Origin: Planctomycetota bacterium
GTDB taxonomy: Bacteria > Planctomycetota > UBA8108 > SXIK01
NCBI GenBank assembly: GCA_965223845.1
Contig: CBDCXR010000004.1
Coordinates: 6,432,001-6,496,000 of the forward strand
DNA: 64,000 bases
Direction of reading: 5' to 3'
Shown here one piece after another: positions 38,397 to 47,664 of the stretch. The translations under genes were made by a program, and so were the position numbers. The notes under the pieces are model-generated. The model saw nothing but the letters and a program-made list of their open reading frames with translations, searched no databases and was not told where the DNA came from. Each line of letters begins with the position of its first letter. Position 1 is the stretch's first letter.

Positions 38397-39167
38397 CTAC
38401 GCGCCAAAGTCCGCCGGGTCTTGCCCGTAGTAACAAGAAAGCTCGCGATACAGCTCCGGATGCCGCCGCTTCATCGTCCGCCCCTTTTCGAAGAAGCACT
38501 CCGTAGCGACCGCGAAGAATTCCGCTGGATTCGTCGTCCCGTACTTGTCGAGCAAGGTCCGGCGGCCTCGCTCCGCTTTGTCGATGAGCGCGTCGTACTC
38601 CCGAGTCATGATCTTCGCCCACGCCGCGTAGCGCTCGTTTGACCGGAGGGTCGGTGTGCCGTCGGCGTAGTCGTCGAGGAGATCGAGCTTGTGCGCGAAC
38701 TCGTGGAGGACGAGGTTTCGTCCGTCCTTGTGGTTCGCGGCGCCGTGGTGAGCCGCGTCCCAAGCGAGGACGACCGGGCCGCGGTGCTGGGCGAGTCCCA
38801 GGATCGCGGTGTCACCCGAGGTGACAAGTCCACCGCGCTGTGCGCGCATGCCCGGCGCGACGATCGTCGACGGGTAGACGAGGATCGAATCGACGTTTCG
38901 GTAGTACTCGTGCTCGACCCCGAGGAGGAGGAGCCCCGCCTGGGCAGCGATCGTGCACTGAGCCTCGGCGGTCATGACGAAGCCGCCGCAACCTTCCCAG
39001 TTCTTCTCGGCGACGAGCACCTTGACGATGCCGCGGAGGTTTCGCTGCGCTTCGGTCCCGAGCGACGCAAAGAAGGGGAGTGCGTTCAGATGCGTTTCCC
39101 ACGCAGGGGGAAACGGCGACGCGAGGATCTTCCGCCGTCGTCGCCGTCGGAGCCAAGCGAAGATCAT
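38397..39167 (-). CDS. Zinc-dependent peptidase, M90 (MtfA) family
   Basis: KNWEGCGG, IAAQAGL, ILVYP, GPVVLAW, DGRNLVLHEFAHKLD, YGTTNPAEFFAVATECFFE; ATGA overlap with the upstream stop. Confidence 0.93.
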   Translation of the reverse strand: MIFAWLRRRRRRKILASPFPPAWETHLNALPFFASLGTEAQRNLRGIVKVLVAEKNWEGCGGFVMTAEAQCTIAAQAGLLLLGVEHEYYRNVDSILVYPSTIVAPGMRAQRGGLVTSGDTAILGLAQHRGPVVLAWDAAHHGAANHKDGRNLVLHEFAHKLDLLDDYADGTPTLRSNERYAAWAKIMTREYDALIDKAERGRRTLLDKYGTTNPAEFFAVATECFFEKGRTMKRRHPELYRELSCYYGQDPADFGA

Positions 39168-40303
39168 CTCGCCGAGTTCTCGGCGCGAGATGGATCTCTC
39201 CGCGCGGGCGGCGCCGGACTCACGCGGCGGACGCGGTGATTGAGCGTGTCGCCGATGAAGACGTTCCCTGCGCGATCGACGCACACTCCGTGTGGGCGCG
39301 CGAGCTCGGCGCTTCGTGCCGGTCCACCGTCCCCTCCGCCGCCGCGATGGTTCGGTCCGCGTCCGGCGATCGTCTCGATCGTCCCCGTCTTCGTGTCGAT
39401 CCGCCGGATCGCCTGATTCTCCGTATCGACCACGTAGACGCTGCCCCGCGGGCCGATCGCGATCCCCTTCGGCCCGTTCATCGTCGCGCGGAGTGCGGGT
39501 CCGTTGTCGCCGGAGTAGCCCTTGGCTCCCGTCCCTGCGACGTGCTCGAGAACTCCGGTCGCGAGCGGCATCTTCCAGACGCTGTGACCTTCTCGAAGCG
39601 CGATCCAGAGTGTCTCCTTCTCGACGTAGAGAGCGCGCGGCCCGAGCATCGGTCGCCCGCGCGCCTTGGTGCCCGCCGCCGGCAGCTCTTTCTCGCCCGT
39701 TCCCGCGATCGTGGTCACGATGCCGCTCTCGAGATCGACGCGGCGGATGCGGTGATTGCCGATGTCGGCGATGTAGAGGCCGCCGCGCCCGTCGAGTGCG
39801 ATGCTGTGAGGGCGGGAGAACATCGCCTTCGTCGCGAGCCCATCGTCGCCGCCGTAACCCCGTTTCCCCGTGCCCGCGACCGTGTCGATCGTACCCTTCC
39901 GGCCGTCGACACGCCGGACGATGTGGTTCTTCATTTCGACGATGTAGAACGTCCCGTCCGGCTCGAAGCGAATCTCGTAGGGTTCGTTGAGCTTCGCCGC
40001 GGTCGCGGGCCCGCCATCCCCCGAATAGCCTTTCTCACCGGTTCCCGCGACGACGCGCGCGCGCCCCGTCTTTCGATCGACTCGCCAGACGCGGTGGTTC
40101 CGGACTTCGGTCGCGTAGAGTGCGCCATCGGGGCCGATCTCGACGCCGAACGGGTCGCCGATATTCACTTCGAGCGCCGAGCCGGCGTTGGCGCCGCGAT
40201 CGGGCTTTCCCGTGCCGAGAACCGTCGTCATCGTCTCGGGAGTGGCGGCCACGGGCAACGTGACGAGCGCGCCTGCGGAGAACGATAGGATCAAAATCAG
40301 CAT
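39164..40303 (-). CDS. Exported NHL-repeat beta-propeller protein
   Basis: Repeated VAGTGEKGYSGDGGPA...L..P..I.......YIAD..NHRIRR units; signal peptide. Confidence 0.92.
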   Translation of the reverse strand: MLILILSFSAGALVTLPVAATPETMTTVLGTGKPDRGANAGSALEVNIGDPFGVEIGPDGALYATEVRNHRVWRVDRKTGRARVVAGTGEKGYSGDGGPATAAKLNEPYEIRFEPDGTFYIVEMKNHIVRRVDGRKGTIDTVAGTGKRGYGGDDGLATKAMFSRPHSIALDGRGGLYIADIGNHRIRRVDLESGIVTTIAGTGEKELPAAGTKARGRPMLGPRALYVEKETLWIALREGHSVWKMPLATGVLEHVAGTGAKGYSGDNGPALRATMNGPKGIAIGPRGSVYVVDTENQAIRRIDTKTGTIETIAGRGPNHRGGGGDGGPARSAELARPHGVCVDRAGNVFIGDTLNHRVRRVSPAPPARRDPSRAENSAR

Positions 40304-40314
40304 CGGGAATTCAC

Positions 40315-40857
40315 TCAACGCACATCGAAGGCCCAGGCGATCACCGCGCAGGCCCCTGCGACCGCGAGGGGAACGACGACCATGCACCACGGCGGAAGGA
40401 AGCGAGAGGCGGGGAGACGAAAGAGTCGAAGCAGCCACCCGACGAGAGTGACGATCCCTAGCGATGCAACCCCGCCGCACATCGCGAGCCAGAGTTCGGG
40501 CGTCCGCCGCGAGTCGTCCCACGAGACGATGATCCCTGTGAGCACGGCCGTGACGCCCAACCATTCAGGCACAACCCAAAACAGCACGCGACGGTGGAAC
40601 GGGGCCGCGAGGACACCGGTCGCTCCGGACGCGAGGACGAGGCTTCCGCTGGTGATCACACCGACCCAGAAGATCCCGAGGACGTATTTGAGGTTGTCGA
40701 TGCCTCCGGGCGGAATCAGGAGCCATCCGAGCGGAATCAGTCCGATCGGAACGATCGCTCCGACGAGAAACAGGGCCGACAGCCAGCTCAGCACGTAGCG
40801 GGGTCGCTCGGCCGCCGGAATCGGCTTCATGGAGCACACCGCCGAAGCCGCCCTCAC
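40315..40857 (-). CDS. Hypothetical membrane protein
   Basis: About 5 hydrophobic segments; GTGA overlap with the upstream stop (alternative ATG 40830). Confidence 0.65.
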   Translation of the reverse strand: MRAASAVCSMKPIPAAERPRYVLSWLSALFLVGAIVPIGLIPLGWLLIPPGGIDNLKYVLGIFWVGVITSGSLVLASGATGVLAAPFHRRVLFWVVPEWLGVTAVLTGIIVSWDDSRRTPELWLAMCGGVASLGIVTLVGWLLRLFRLPASRFLPPWCMVVVPLAVAGACAVIAWAFDVR

Positions 40858-42401
40858 TCAGGCTTCTCGAGACCATCGGGGAGCGCCACCGTCTTGATCT
40901 TTCGCTTCTTGTCGAGGTTCGCATTCAGCTCCTCGACCGTCACGACCTCGGAATCGACGCCACCCTCGGGCACCTTCGCGCCCGATACCCAGAGGATGGC
41001 GTTGAGGACCGCGCGCCGCTGGAGATCGTACGCCCAATTGCGATGCCAATGGCCGCCGGTGAAGCCGACGCCGCGCCCGCCGTCCGGACGCTCGACCCCC
41101 CACATGAGCGTTTCCACCCGTCCGGACGCCGCGACGATGTGAGGATACGGGCGCGGCGGATAGCCGTTCTTCGCGCGTGTCTTGTCGCTCGGCTTGGCGC
41201 GGAGGATCGACGTCACGCCCTTCATTTCGTCGCGGAACCGAATGCAGAAATACCATTCGTCGTGGATCGATCCCTCCGCAACACCGCGCGCGATCGGGTG
41301 ATCCTTCGTGACCTTGAGCTCGGCTTTCCAGTGTGGGTTCGACGAATACTCGTGCTCGTAGTAGCCGCCGATCCACTTTCGAAAGAACTCACCGCGCTCG
41401 CCCTTCCCGACCTCGACCGCGTAGTGCATGCACATGAGGCCGACGCCGCGCGCGAGGATCTTGTCCATCTCCTCGAAGTTCGACTCGATCGGGTGGCGCC
41501 GATTGCCATCGGAGTAGACGATGATTCCGTCGGCGTTGTCGAACGCGCTCGGGTCCTTCGGCCAACCGGAGTCGTGGTAGCTCGCGGCGACGACGGTATC
41601 GAGCGCTTTCAGCCGCCGCGCGAGGATCTTGACGCCGGCGTTGAACTCGTGCTCACCCGACGCGTGGGACGGCGCGCCGGCGACGAGCACGATCTTCTTG
41701 CGCCCGCCGTCGAGCTTGAGCCGCTTGAGCGCGATGTCCTTGAACTGCACGGTCATCGGCGGGCCCGAGTGAATCTGAAGCGCGAGACGACCGGCGGCGT
41801 CTCGGTGCGCGGCCTCTTCGTCCACGACCACCGCCGTGAGCGTTCCGTTGATCCGAAGCTCGATCCGCGGTCCGCGAGCCGTGATGTGGTAGTCGTTCCA
41901 GCCGTCCTTCTCGAACTCGAACGCGCTGAGGTCGAGCGTGCTCTCGGTTCGCTTCCCGTCCGCTGCGATCGAGGTGCTCTTCCCGCGTGCGGCGAGTCCG
42001 CGCCGTCCGGTGTGCTCGTCGTAGAGGGCGCCGAGCCACTGTCCGCTCCGGTCGATGTCCGCTTGGTAGCCGACGGCGTGACCGTCGTTCGCGATCTGCG
42101 AACGGATTTGAATGCCGGAGTTCGCGCGGTCGGAGCCGAGGATCCGAAACTTGAGCTTCAGCTCGAAGTCGTCGAGTTCTCCGCGCTGCCAGACGAGAAA
42201 CTGATTCTTCGTGCACGGCACCGCGTCGCTCGAGCGCGCGGTGATGGCCCCGTCCTCGACGGACCAGTAGCGCATGTCGGGCGCGGACCAGCCGCCGAGC
42301 GTCTCCCCGTCGAACAGGGACCGGTAGCCGTCGGCGCCCGAGGCGCTGGCGGTCGCGATGAGAGCGATGAGGGAGTGGCAGAGAAGTGTAGCTCGGAACA
42401 T
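40854..42401 (-). CDS. DUF1080 (3-keto-glycoside hydrolase-like) + ThuA domain protein
   Basis: SLFDGETLGGW, DFELKLKF, NSGIQIRS, GYQADI, WNDYHI, LALQIHSG; then IVLVAGAPSH...HEF, HYAVE, DEWYF, GFTGGHWH. Confidence 0.92.
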   Translation of the reverse strand: MFRATLLCHSLIALIATASASGADGYRSLFDGETLGGWSAPDMRYWSVEDGAITARSSDAVPCTKNQFLVWQRGELDDFELKLKFRILGSDRANSGIQIRSQIANDGHAVGYQADIDRSGQWLGALYDEHTGRRGLAARGKSTSIAADGKRTESTLDLSAFEFEKDGWNDYHITARGPRIELRINGTLTAVVVDEEAAHRDAAGRLALQIHSGPPMTVQFKDIALKRLKLDGGRKKIVLVAGAPSHASGEHEFNAGVKILARRLKALDTVVAASYHDSGWPKDPSAFDNADGIIVYSDGNRRHPIESNFEEMDKILARGVGLMCMHYAVEVGKGERGEFFRKWIGGYYEHEYSSNPHWKAELKVTKDHPIARGVAEGSIHDEWYFCIRFRDEMKGVTSILRAKPSDKTRAKNGYPPRPYPHIVAASGRVETLMWGVERPDGGRGVGFTGGHWHRNWAYDLQRRAVLNAILWVSGAKVPEGGVDSEVVTVEELNANLDKKRKIKTVALPDGLEKPE

Positions 42402-42652
42402 GGGATCGGCGACTCGTCGGTTGTTCGTGTCCGCCCGCCGAGCGGCGGGCACAAGGTCCTGCGGAGGGGGATGATGACCGCGGCGCGGCGCCTCAACCAG
42501 CATTCTCCGTGAGTGTCGGGATTTTTCCCGCCCGGCGCCGGGAGCGCGGTCGAGTCCGGCATGGCCCTTGCCGAACCGTAGCGACGGCCTCGGGCCGGTG
42601 TTAGCGTATCGGTTCGCAGAACGCCGGCCGGTCGAAAGCGCCGGCCGCGGAT

Positions 42653-42680
42653 TTCACCGTCCGGCTCGTCCGGGTAGAAT
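42653..42680 (+). promoter_or_regulatory. Candidate sigma-70 promoter
   Basis: TTCACC-N16-TAGAAT in the divergent intergenic region about 65 bp before ATG 42745. Confidence 0.35.
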
Positions 42681-42744
42681 GGCTTACTTCGAGCCCGCGC
42701 ATCGAAGGACCGCGCGGGTGGCGCCTTCCCCAGAGGATTTTTTC

Positions 42745-43962
42745 ATGAGACTGCTCGCTACGAAACTCTGCGTGTTCGTCGCGTTGTTCGCGTTCGTGTG
42801 TGCACCTGTCGATGCGCGCCCCGATGACAAGCCCGAAGACAAGCCCGAAGACAAGGCCGCTGCGATCGAGTTTCAGAAACAGATCGCGCCGATCCTGAAG
42901 GAGAACTGTCTCCGCTGTCACGGCGAGAAGAAGGCGAAGGGGAAGCTTCGACTCCACACCGGTGCTGAGATCACGAAGGCGAAGGTCATCGTTCCCGGCA
43001 AGCCGGAGGAGAGCGAGCTCTACCGACGGATCATTCTTCCGGAAGATCACGACGACATCATGCCGCCGAGCGGCGATCCGCTCTCGAAGGAAGATCAGGA
43101 AGCCATCAAGCAGTGGATCCTCGCCGGCGCGAACTTCGGGGCCGGTGGTGGCGAGCCGGCGCCGGAACCGAAAAAGGATCCGGGCCCGCCCGAGCCCGAA
43201 GCGGCGCCGCCGGCCGACGCGCTCGAGAAGATTCGTTCGCTCGGTGCGCTCGTTCTGCCGCTCTACCAGGGATCGAATCTGATCTCGGTCGACTTTCGAG
43301 CGACGGCTCCGGAGATCGGCGACGAGCAGCTCAAGGCGCTCGAGCCCGTCGCGCAGCACGTCACGAGACTGAACCTCGCTCGCACGAAGGTGACCGATTC
43401 GGGTCTCGCGCCGCTCGCGAAGCTTTCCAATCTCGAGCGATTGCACCTCGAGAAGACCGGCGTCGGCGACGCGGCGCTCGCGCATGTCGTAAAGTTGCCG
43501 TTCCTTCGCTACTTGAACGTCTACGGGACCAAAGTCACGGACGCCGGTCTCGGCCACGTGAAGAACATGGCCGGGTTGAGAAAGCTCTACCTCTGGCAGA
43601 CGGGCGTCACCTACGCCGCTTATCTCGACCTGAAGAGTGCGCGTGAGGATCTCCGCGCGGACCTCGGGTGGGACCATCCCGGCATCGTAAAGGAGCGTCT
43701 CACGAAGAACCTCGCCGCGGCGGCGAAGGAAAAGGAAGAGGCCGCGAAGCGCGAAGAAGACGCCAAGAAAGAGAAAGAAGCCGCGGCCAAGCGCGAGGAA
43801 GAGGCGAAGAAAGCGAAGGAGGCGGCAGCGAAACGAGAAGAAGAGCTCAAGAAGAAGCTCGACGAGCTCTCCAAGCCCGCCGGCGACAAAGTCGCCGACG
43901 CGAAGCCGCCCGAAGAAAAAAAGGAAGGCGCTGAGAAAGCCGGCGATAAGAAGGACAACTGA
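42745..43962 (+). CDS. Planctomycete cytochrome c + leucine-rich repeats + charged C-terminal helix
   Basis: Signal peptide; FQKQIAPILKENCLRCHG...MPP...WILAGA; LNLARTKVTDSGL, LHLEKTGVGD, LNVYGTKVTDAGL, LYLWQTGVT. Confidence 0.9.
   Translation: MRLLATKLCVFVALFAFVCAPVDARPDDKPEDKPEDKAAAIEFQKQIAPILKENCLRCHGEKKAKGKLRLHTGAEITKAKVIVPGKPEESELYRRIILPEDHDDIMPPSGDPLSKEDQEAIKQWILAGANFGAGGGEPAPEPKKDPGPPEPEAAPPADALEKIRSLGALVLPLYQGSNLISVDFRATAPEIGDEQLKALEPVAQHVTRLNLARTKVTDSGLAPLAKLSNLERLHLEKTGVGDAALAHVVKLPFLRYLNVYGTKVTDAGLGHVKNMAGLRKLYLWQTGVTYAAYLDLKSAREDLRADLGWDHPGIVKERLTKNLAAAAKEKEEAAKREEDAKKEKEAAAKREEEAKKAKEAAAKREEELKKKLDELSKPAGDKVADAKPPEEKKEGAEKAGDKKDN
43720..43845 (+). repeat. Three tandem 42-bp (14-aa) coding repeats
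   Basis: AAKEKEEAAKREED / AKKEKEAAAKREEE / AKKAKEAAAKREEE. Confidence 0.85.
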
Positions 43963-43991
43963 CGCTCGCCCGGCAGCGCAGGAGATGGAGC

Positions 43992-44023
43992 ACCCGCGGC
44001 TCGGCGACGAGTCGCGGGTTTTT
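43992..44023 (+). terminator. Rho-independent terminator
   Basis: ACCCGCGGCTCG-GCGA-CGAGTCGCGGGT: 12-bp stem (one G-U), GNRA loop, then a T run; 30 bp after stop 43962. Confidence 0.75.
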
Positions 44024-44061
44024 CGATGGTCCGCGCGGTGAGCTGAACCGAGGGGTGAGAA

Positions 44062-44838
44062 GTGCCTGAGCTCTCGGACGGCGCGGTGGTGGCGGTTCTG
44101 GGGGCGATCGTCGTCGGCGCGGCGGTCCTCGCGACGGTGCTTTGGCGGTCGGTGGATCGAGATCGTCGCCCCGCCACGAACACCGGTGGCGGTGGGGGCA
44201 TCGGGCAGGCCCTGGGACGTGTGGTGCTCACGCTTCTCCTCGCGATCGGTCTCGTCGTCTGTGCGGTTCAGCCGGCGTTCGCCTCGAGGCTCTTCGCGTA
44301 CTTTCTCGGCGTCGCGGCGCTCGTGGTCGCGGCTGCGTTCGGGCGCGCGTGGTGGCGGACCCGCCACTTCACTCGAGCCCGGCGTCTCGCTGAGCGGGGT
44401 GACGTCGACGGCGCGATCTTTCATCTGCGCGATCGAGTCGATGACGCCGCCGCGCGCGAGGACGCGGTCGCGATCTTGCTCGCCACCTTTGGCCGGTATC
44501 CGGAAGCGCTCGCCGCCGCGCGGGCCGCGTACGAGGCGAACGCGGAAATCGGGCGCTCAACCGAGGGTGCGATCCTCCTCGGGATGGGGCGGACGGATCG
44601 AGCCATCGAGCTCCTCGCCGAGGAGCTCACGAAGCGTGCCGACGACTTCGTGACGCGGTCGAACTACGCGCTCGCGCTGACGCAGGCCGGGCGACAACGC
44701 GATGCGGCGGCGGAGCTCGAACGTCTTCGCGCGCAGCACGATGAGCTCCCGACCGTGCCGCGACGGGCGCATCGAGAACGAACGCGAATCCTCGAGGCGG
44801 TGGAGACCGCGTTCGCCGACGCAGCGACGGGCGACTGA
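44062..44838 (+). CDS. Membrane-anchored TPR protein
   Basis: Three N-terminal TM segments, then GRYPEAL, GAILLGMGRTDRAIELL, SNYALALTQAGR TPR-like helices. Confidence 0.7.
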   Translation: MPELSDGAVVAVLGAIVVGAAVLATVLWRSVDRDRRPATNTGGGGGIGQALGRVVLTLLLAIGLVVCAVQPAFASRLFAYFLGVAALVVAAAFGRAWWRTRHFTRARRLAERGDVDGAIFHLRDRVDDAAAREDAVAILLATFGRYPEALAAARAAYEANAEIGRSTEGAILLGMGRTDRAIELLAEELTKRADDFVTRSNYALALTQAGRQRDAAAELERLRAQHDELPTVPRRAHRERTRILEAVETAFADAATGD

Positions 44839-45245
44839 ATCCTCAGGCGAATCCGCGCTCGGTGGTCTTCGTCGCGTCGCTGCGCGCGCTAGAGCTGCAC
44901 GCAGTCCACCGTTTAGACCACTCCGATCCGGCCAATCGTGAGGCGAAGATCGCGGTGAAGGCAAGCGTTCCGCTTCGTCTGAACAGACCACCAAGAGTCG
45001 ATGTCATCGAGAACGGACGACGCCGTCGACTTCGCTCATCGCGACTCGTTCGAACAGTGCAAGCTACTATGGTTACCTGCTTCACACTCGTTGATGCATC
45101 GAGACAGAGAGCGTTGAGGCACGCATCGACGAGCGGTAGAGTAGCCCATTCGCGACCTCGCTTCGCTTTGGTTCTGAGGAGCCCTCGCGACGAAGTCACG
45201 ATCGATAGGATCGCTGCCGTGCAGATTGTAGAGAAGGTGTGTCCG

Positions 45246-47348
45246 ATGCAGATTTGCAACGCCGCAGTGGGGGTGGGCTTGTTCGTGGTCGCACTCGAGG
45301 GTGCGCTGTTCGCGCAAGGCGGGACGATTGCGCTCGACGATGCCAACGACGCGCAAGATGTCATCTTGCTCGAGGGCCCGGTCGTCTTCGTTCGCCACCC
45401 GCACAAGCAAGTCGGTGGCTTCGGGCGTGAGCCGCATCGGCTGGCCGGCGTCGACACCGTCGAGGTCGACCACGCCGGAAACTTCTACGTCTACGATCCG
45501 CGTCAACACTGCATCAAGGTGTGGTCCCTCGATCGCAGCGGCGAGGACGTGATCGAGGTGATCACGTCCGAATCGATCGAGGAGTCCGGACTCGCGGGGC
45601 TCGGACGAGTGCGCGGAATCTCGGCCGGTAGAGCCTTCGATCCGGACGAGGAGACGCGCGTCCTGATCCTCGATTGCGACGCCGAACGCACGCCCTGCTG
45701 CCGAATCCTCGAACGGCGCTCGCGCCACGACGGACGCTGGCGGCAGCTCGAGCACACGCGATTCTTCTCACGTCCACATGACCTCACGGTCGATCGAAGA
45801 GGCCGCATCGTGATCGCGGAGCGCGGCGGGACGATCGAGGTCCTCGAGCCCGACGGTGCCGGGCGCGATCTCGATTTCGCGCGGAACGGCGTGCTGAAAC
45901 TCGGCGCGGTCGCCGGGATTCGAGTGAGCGCGTTCAAGGCCGTGGACACGGACCTCGCCGGCAATCTGTACGTCAGTGACAAGAACAACGGCCGCATTCT
46001 CAAGCTGTCACCGAAGGGAGACGTCCTCCGCGTCATCGGCGAGCAGGGCGCCGCGAAGCACCAGTTCGCCGCTCAGGTCGAAGGCGTCGCGGTCGACTGG
46101 CGCGGAAACGTCTACGGTCGCGATGAGAAGAACGAGCGTTTCCTCGTCTTCGGGCCGGACGGCGAGTTTGTCGGCGCGTTCGGTGAGCGGGGCCTCGAGC
46201 CGAATCAGCAGGAAGGAGCCGACGAGTTCACGATCGCGAAGTCGCGCGACACGATCATTATCGCCGACGCTCTCAACTATCGGGCCTCCGCACACAGCCT
46301 TCGGCGGGCGAGCTTTCACGAGGAGGTCGTCGCGGCGGCAACCGACTATCCGCGAGGACTCGTCGTCCTTCCGATTTGGATCGCCGGCGGGAAGCGGGGC
46401 GATGCTCCGGGCGAGGAGTTCGACGAGCCGAACGAGCTCGCGTTCGATCGCGAGGGGAGATTGTGGGCCGGTGACGTCTACAACTTCCGGGTGCAGATTT
46501 TCGCTCAAGATGGGACGTTCGTCGCTGTCGTCGGCGGCGAAGGGTCGGCGCCGGGCGAATTCGTGCGACCGGGGTCAGGAAAGTTCGGCGCCGAAGCGAT
46601 TCGAGCCGATTCCGAAAACTCCGTCTACGTCGTCGATCGCGGTGGCGACAAGATCAACGTCTACGACGGCGGCTCGTTCGAGTGCGTGCGGATGATTCGC
46701 GACCCGGAGCGGTTCGAAGATCCGACGGGACTCGCGATCGACTCGAAGGACCGGCTCTACGTCGCCGATCAGGGCACGGGAAGCGTTCATCAGTACTCGC
46801 GCGGAGGGGAGTACCAGCGAACGTTCGAGCACACGCGGGGCGGCGAGATCATCCTCAAGAAGACGGAGACGCTCGCGCTCGACGAAGCCCGCGATCGACT
46901 GTTCGCCTCGAGCGAGGATGCTTCGCGCGTCGAAGCGTTCGGGCTCTCGAGCGGAACATCGCTCGGGCTTCACGTCGTCGAGATTCAAACGAGCGGTCGC
47001 CCCATGCCGGGACGCGTGATCGACGACGTCGAGGGGATCGCCACGGACACCGTGAACGACTGGCTTCTCGTCTCCGATGAGGACAACGGTCGGTTCCTCG
47101 TTCACGATCTCGGGCGGGAAACGCTCGGAGACCCCGGCGACGATTTCGCGTTCATTGGCGCGTTCGGTCAGCTCGGAAGCGGACCCGGCGAGTTTCTGTC
47201 GGCGGACGGCGTCGTGGCCGCTCCGGAGATCGGGCTCATCGCGGTCGCCGATCAGGGAAACTTCCGCATTCAGGTGTTTCGCATCGACGACGTGAAGAAG
47301 GCGTTCGCGGGGAGCGCTGGAGTTTCGACCGCTTCGCGCGCCGAGTGA
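45246..47348 (+). CDS. Exported NHL-repeat multi-propeller protein
   Basis: Signal-like N-terminus; many VD..GN.YV.D..N.R repeats and G..G..PGEF..P linkers; the ORF-track start 44862 is probably overextended. Confidence 0.85.
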   Translation: MQICNAAVGVGLFVVALEGALFAQGGTIALDDANDAQDVILLEGPVVFVRHPHKQVGGFGREPHRLAGVDTVEVDHAGNFYVYDPRQHCIKVWSLDRSGEDVIEVITSESIEESGLAGLGRVRGISAGRAFDPDEETRVLILDCDAERTPCCRILERRSRHDGRWRQLEHTRFFSRPHDLTVDRRGRIVIAERGGTIEVLEPDGAGRDLDFARNGVLKLGAVAGIRVSAFKAVDTDLAGNLYVSDKNNGRILKLSPKGDVLRVIGEQGAAKHQFAAQVEGVAVDWRGNVYGRDEKNERFLVFGPDGEFVGAFGERGLEPNQQEGADEFTIAKSRDTIIIADALNYRASAHSLRRASFHEEVVAAATDYPRGLVVLPIWIAGGKRGDAPGEEFDEPNELAFDREGRLWAGDVYNFRVQIFAQDGTFVAVVGGEGSAPGEFVRPGSGKFGAEAIRADSENSVYVVDRGGDKINVYDGGSFECVRMIRDPERFEDPTGLAIDSKDRLYVADQGTGSVHQYSRGGEYQRTFEHTRGGEIILKKTETLALDEARDRLFASSEDASRVEAFGLSSGTSLGLHVVEIQTSGRPMPGRVIDDVEGIATDTVNDWLLVSDEDNGRFLVHDLGRETLGDPGDDFAFIGAFGQLGSGPGEFLSADGVVAAPEIGLIAVADQGNFRIQVFRIDDVKKAFAGSAGVSTASRAE

Positions 47349-47664
47349 CTCTCGAGTTCGTCGAGCGTTCGCCCTCTCTCGGATTTCTCTTCTTTGCCCG
47401 CGTTGCGTCGCGTGCGTCTCGCCGAGCGTAACTCGCCTGGCGAAGAGGCGATGCGTCGAGACCGCTCGTTTCTCCCGCGATGGGCCCGCGGGTCTCCGCA
47501 CCGCAGAGCGAGCCCGGGTTGATCGCCGCTCCGGCCGCCGAACTCGAACTTCCCTTCTTCGATCTTCCTCGGAGTGGAGATCGAGTTCGCGTCTTCACGC
47601 AATCTTAGCGTAAGATCGAAACCCGCTTGGATTGGCGTAGCGGCAGCGGAAACTCGGGAGCGAA

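Noticed and set aside
44895-44935. tRNA-like words on the minus strand (cggagtggtctaaacggtggactgc)
   Set aside because: Resembles a D-arm only; no T-arm (GTTCGAATC) or acceptor stem at proper spacing.
47370-47430. Pyrimidine-rich/GCGT-periodic tract as another repeat family copy
   Set aside because: Only weak resemblance, and no second copy found in the window.
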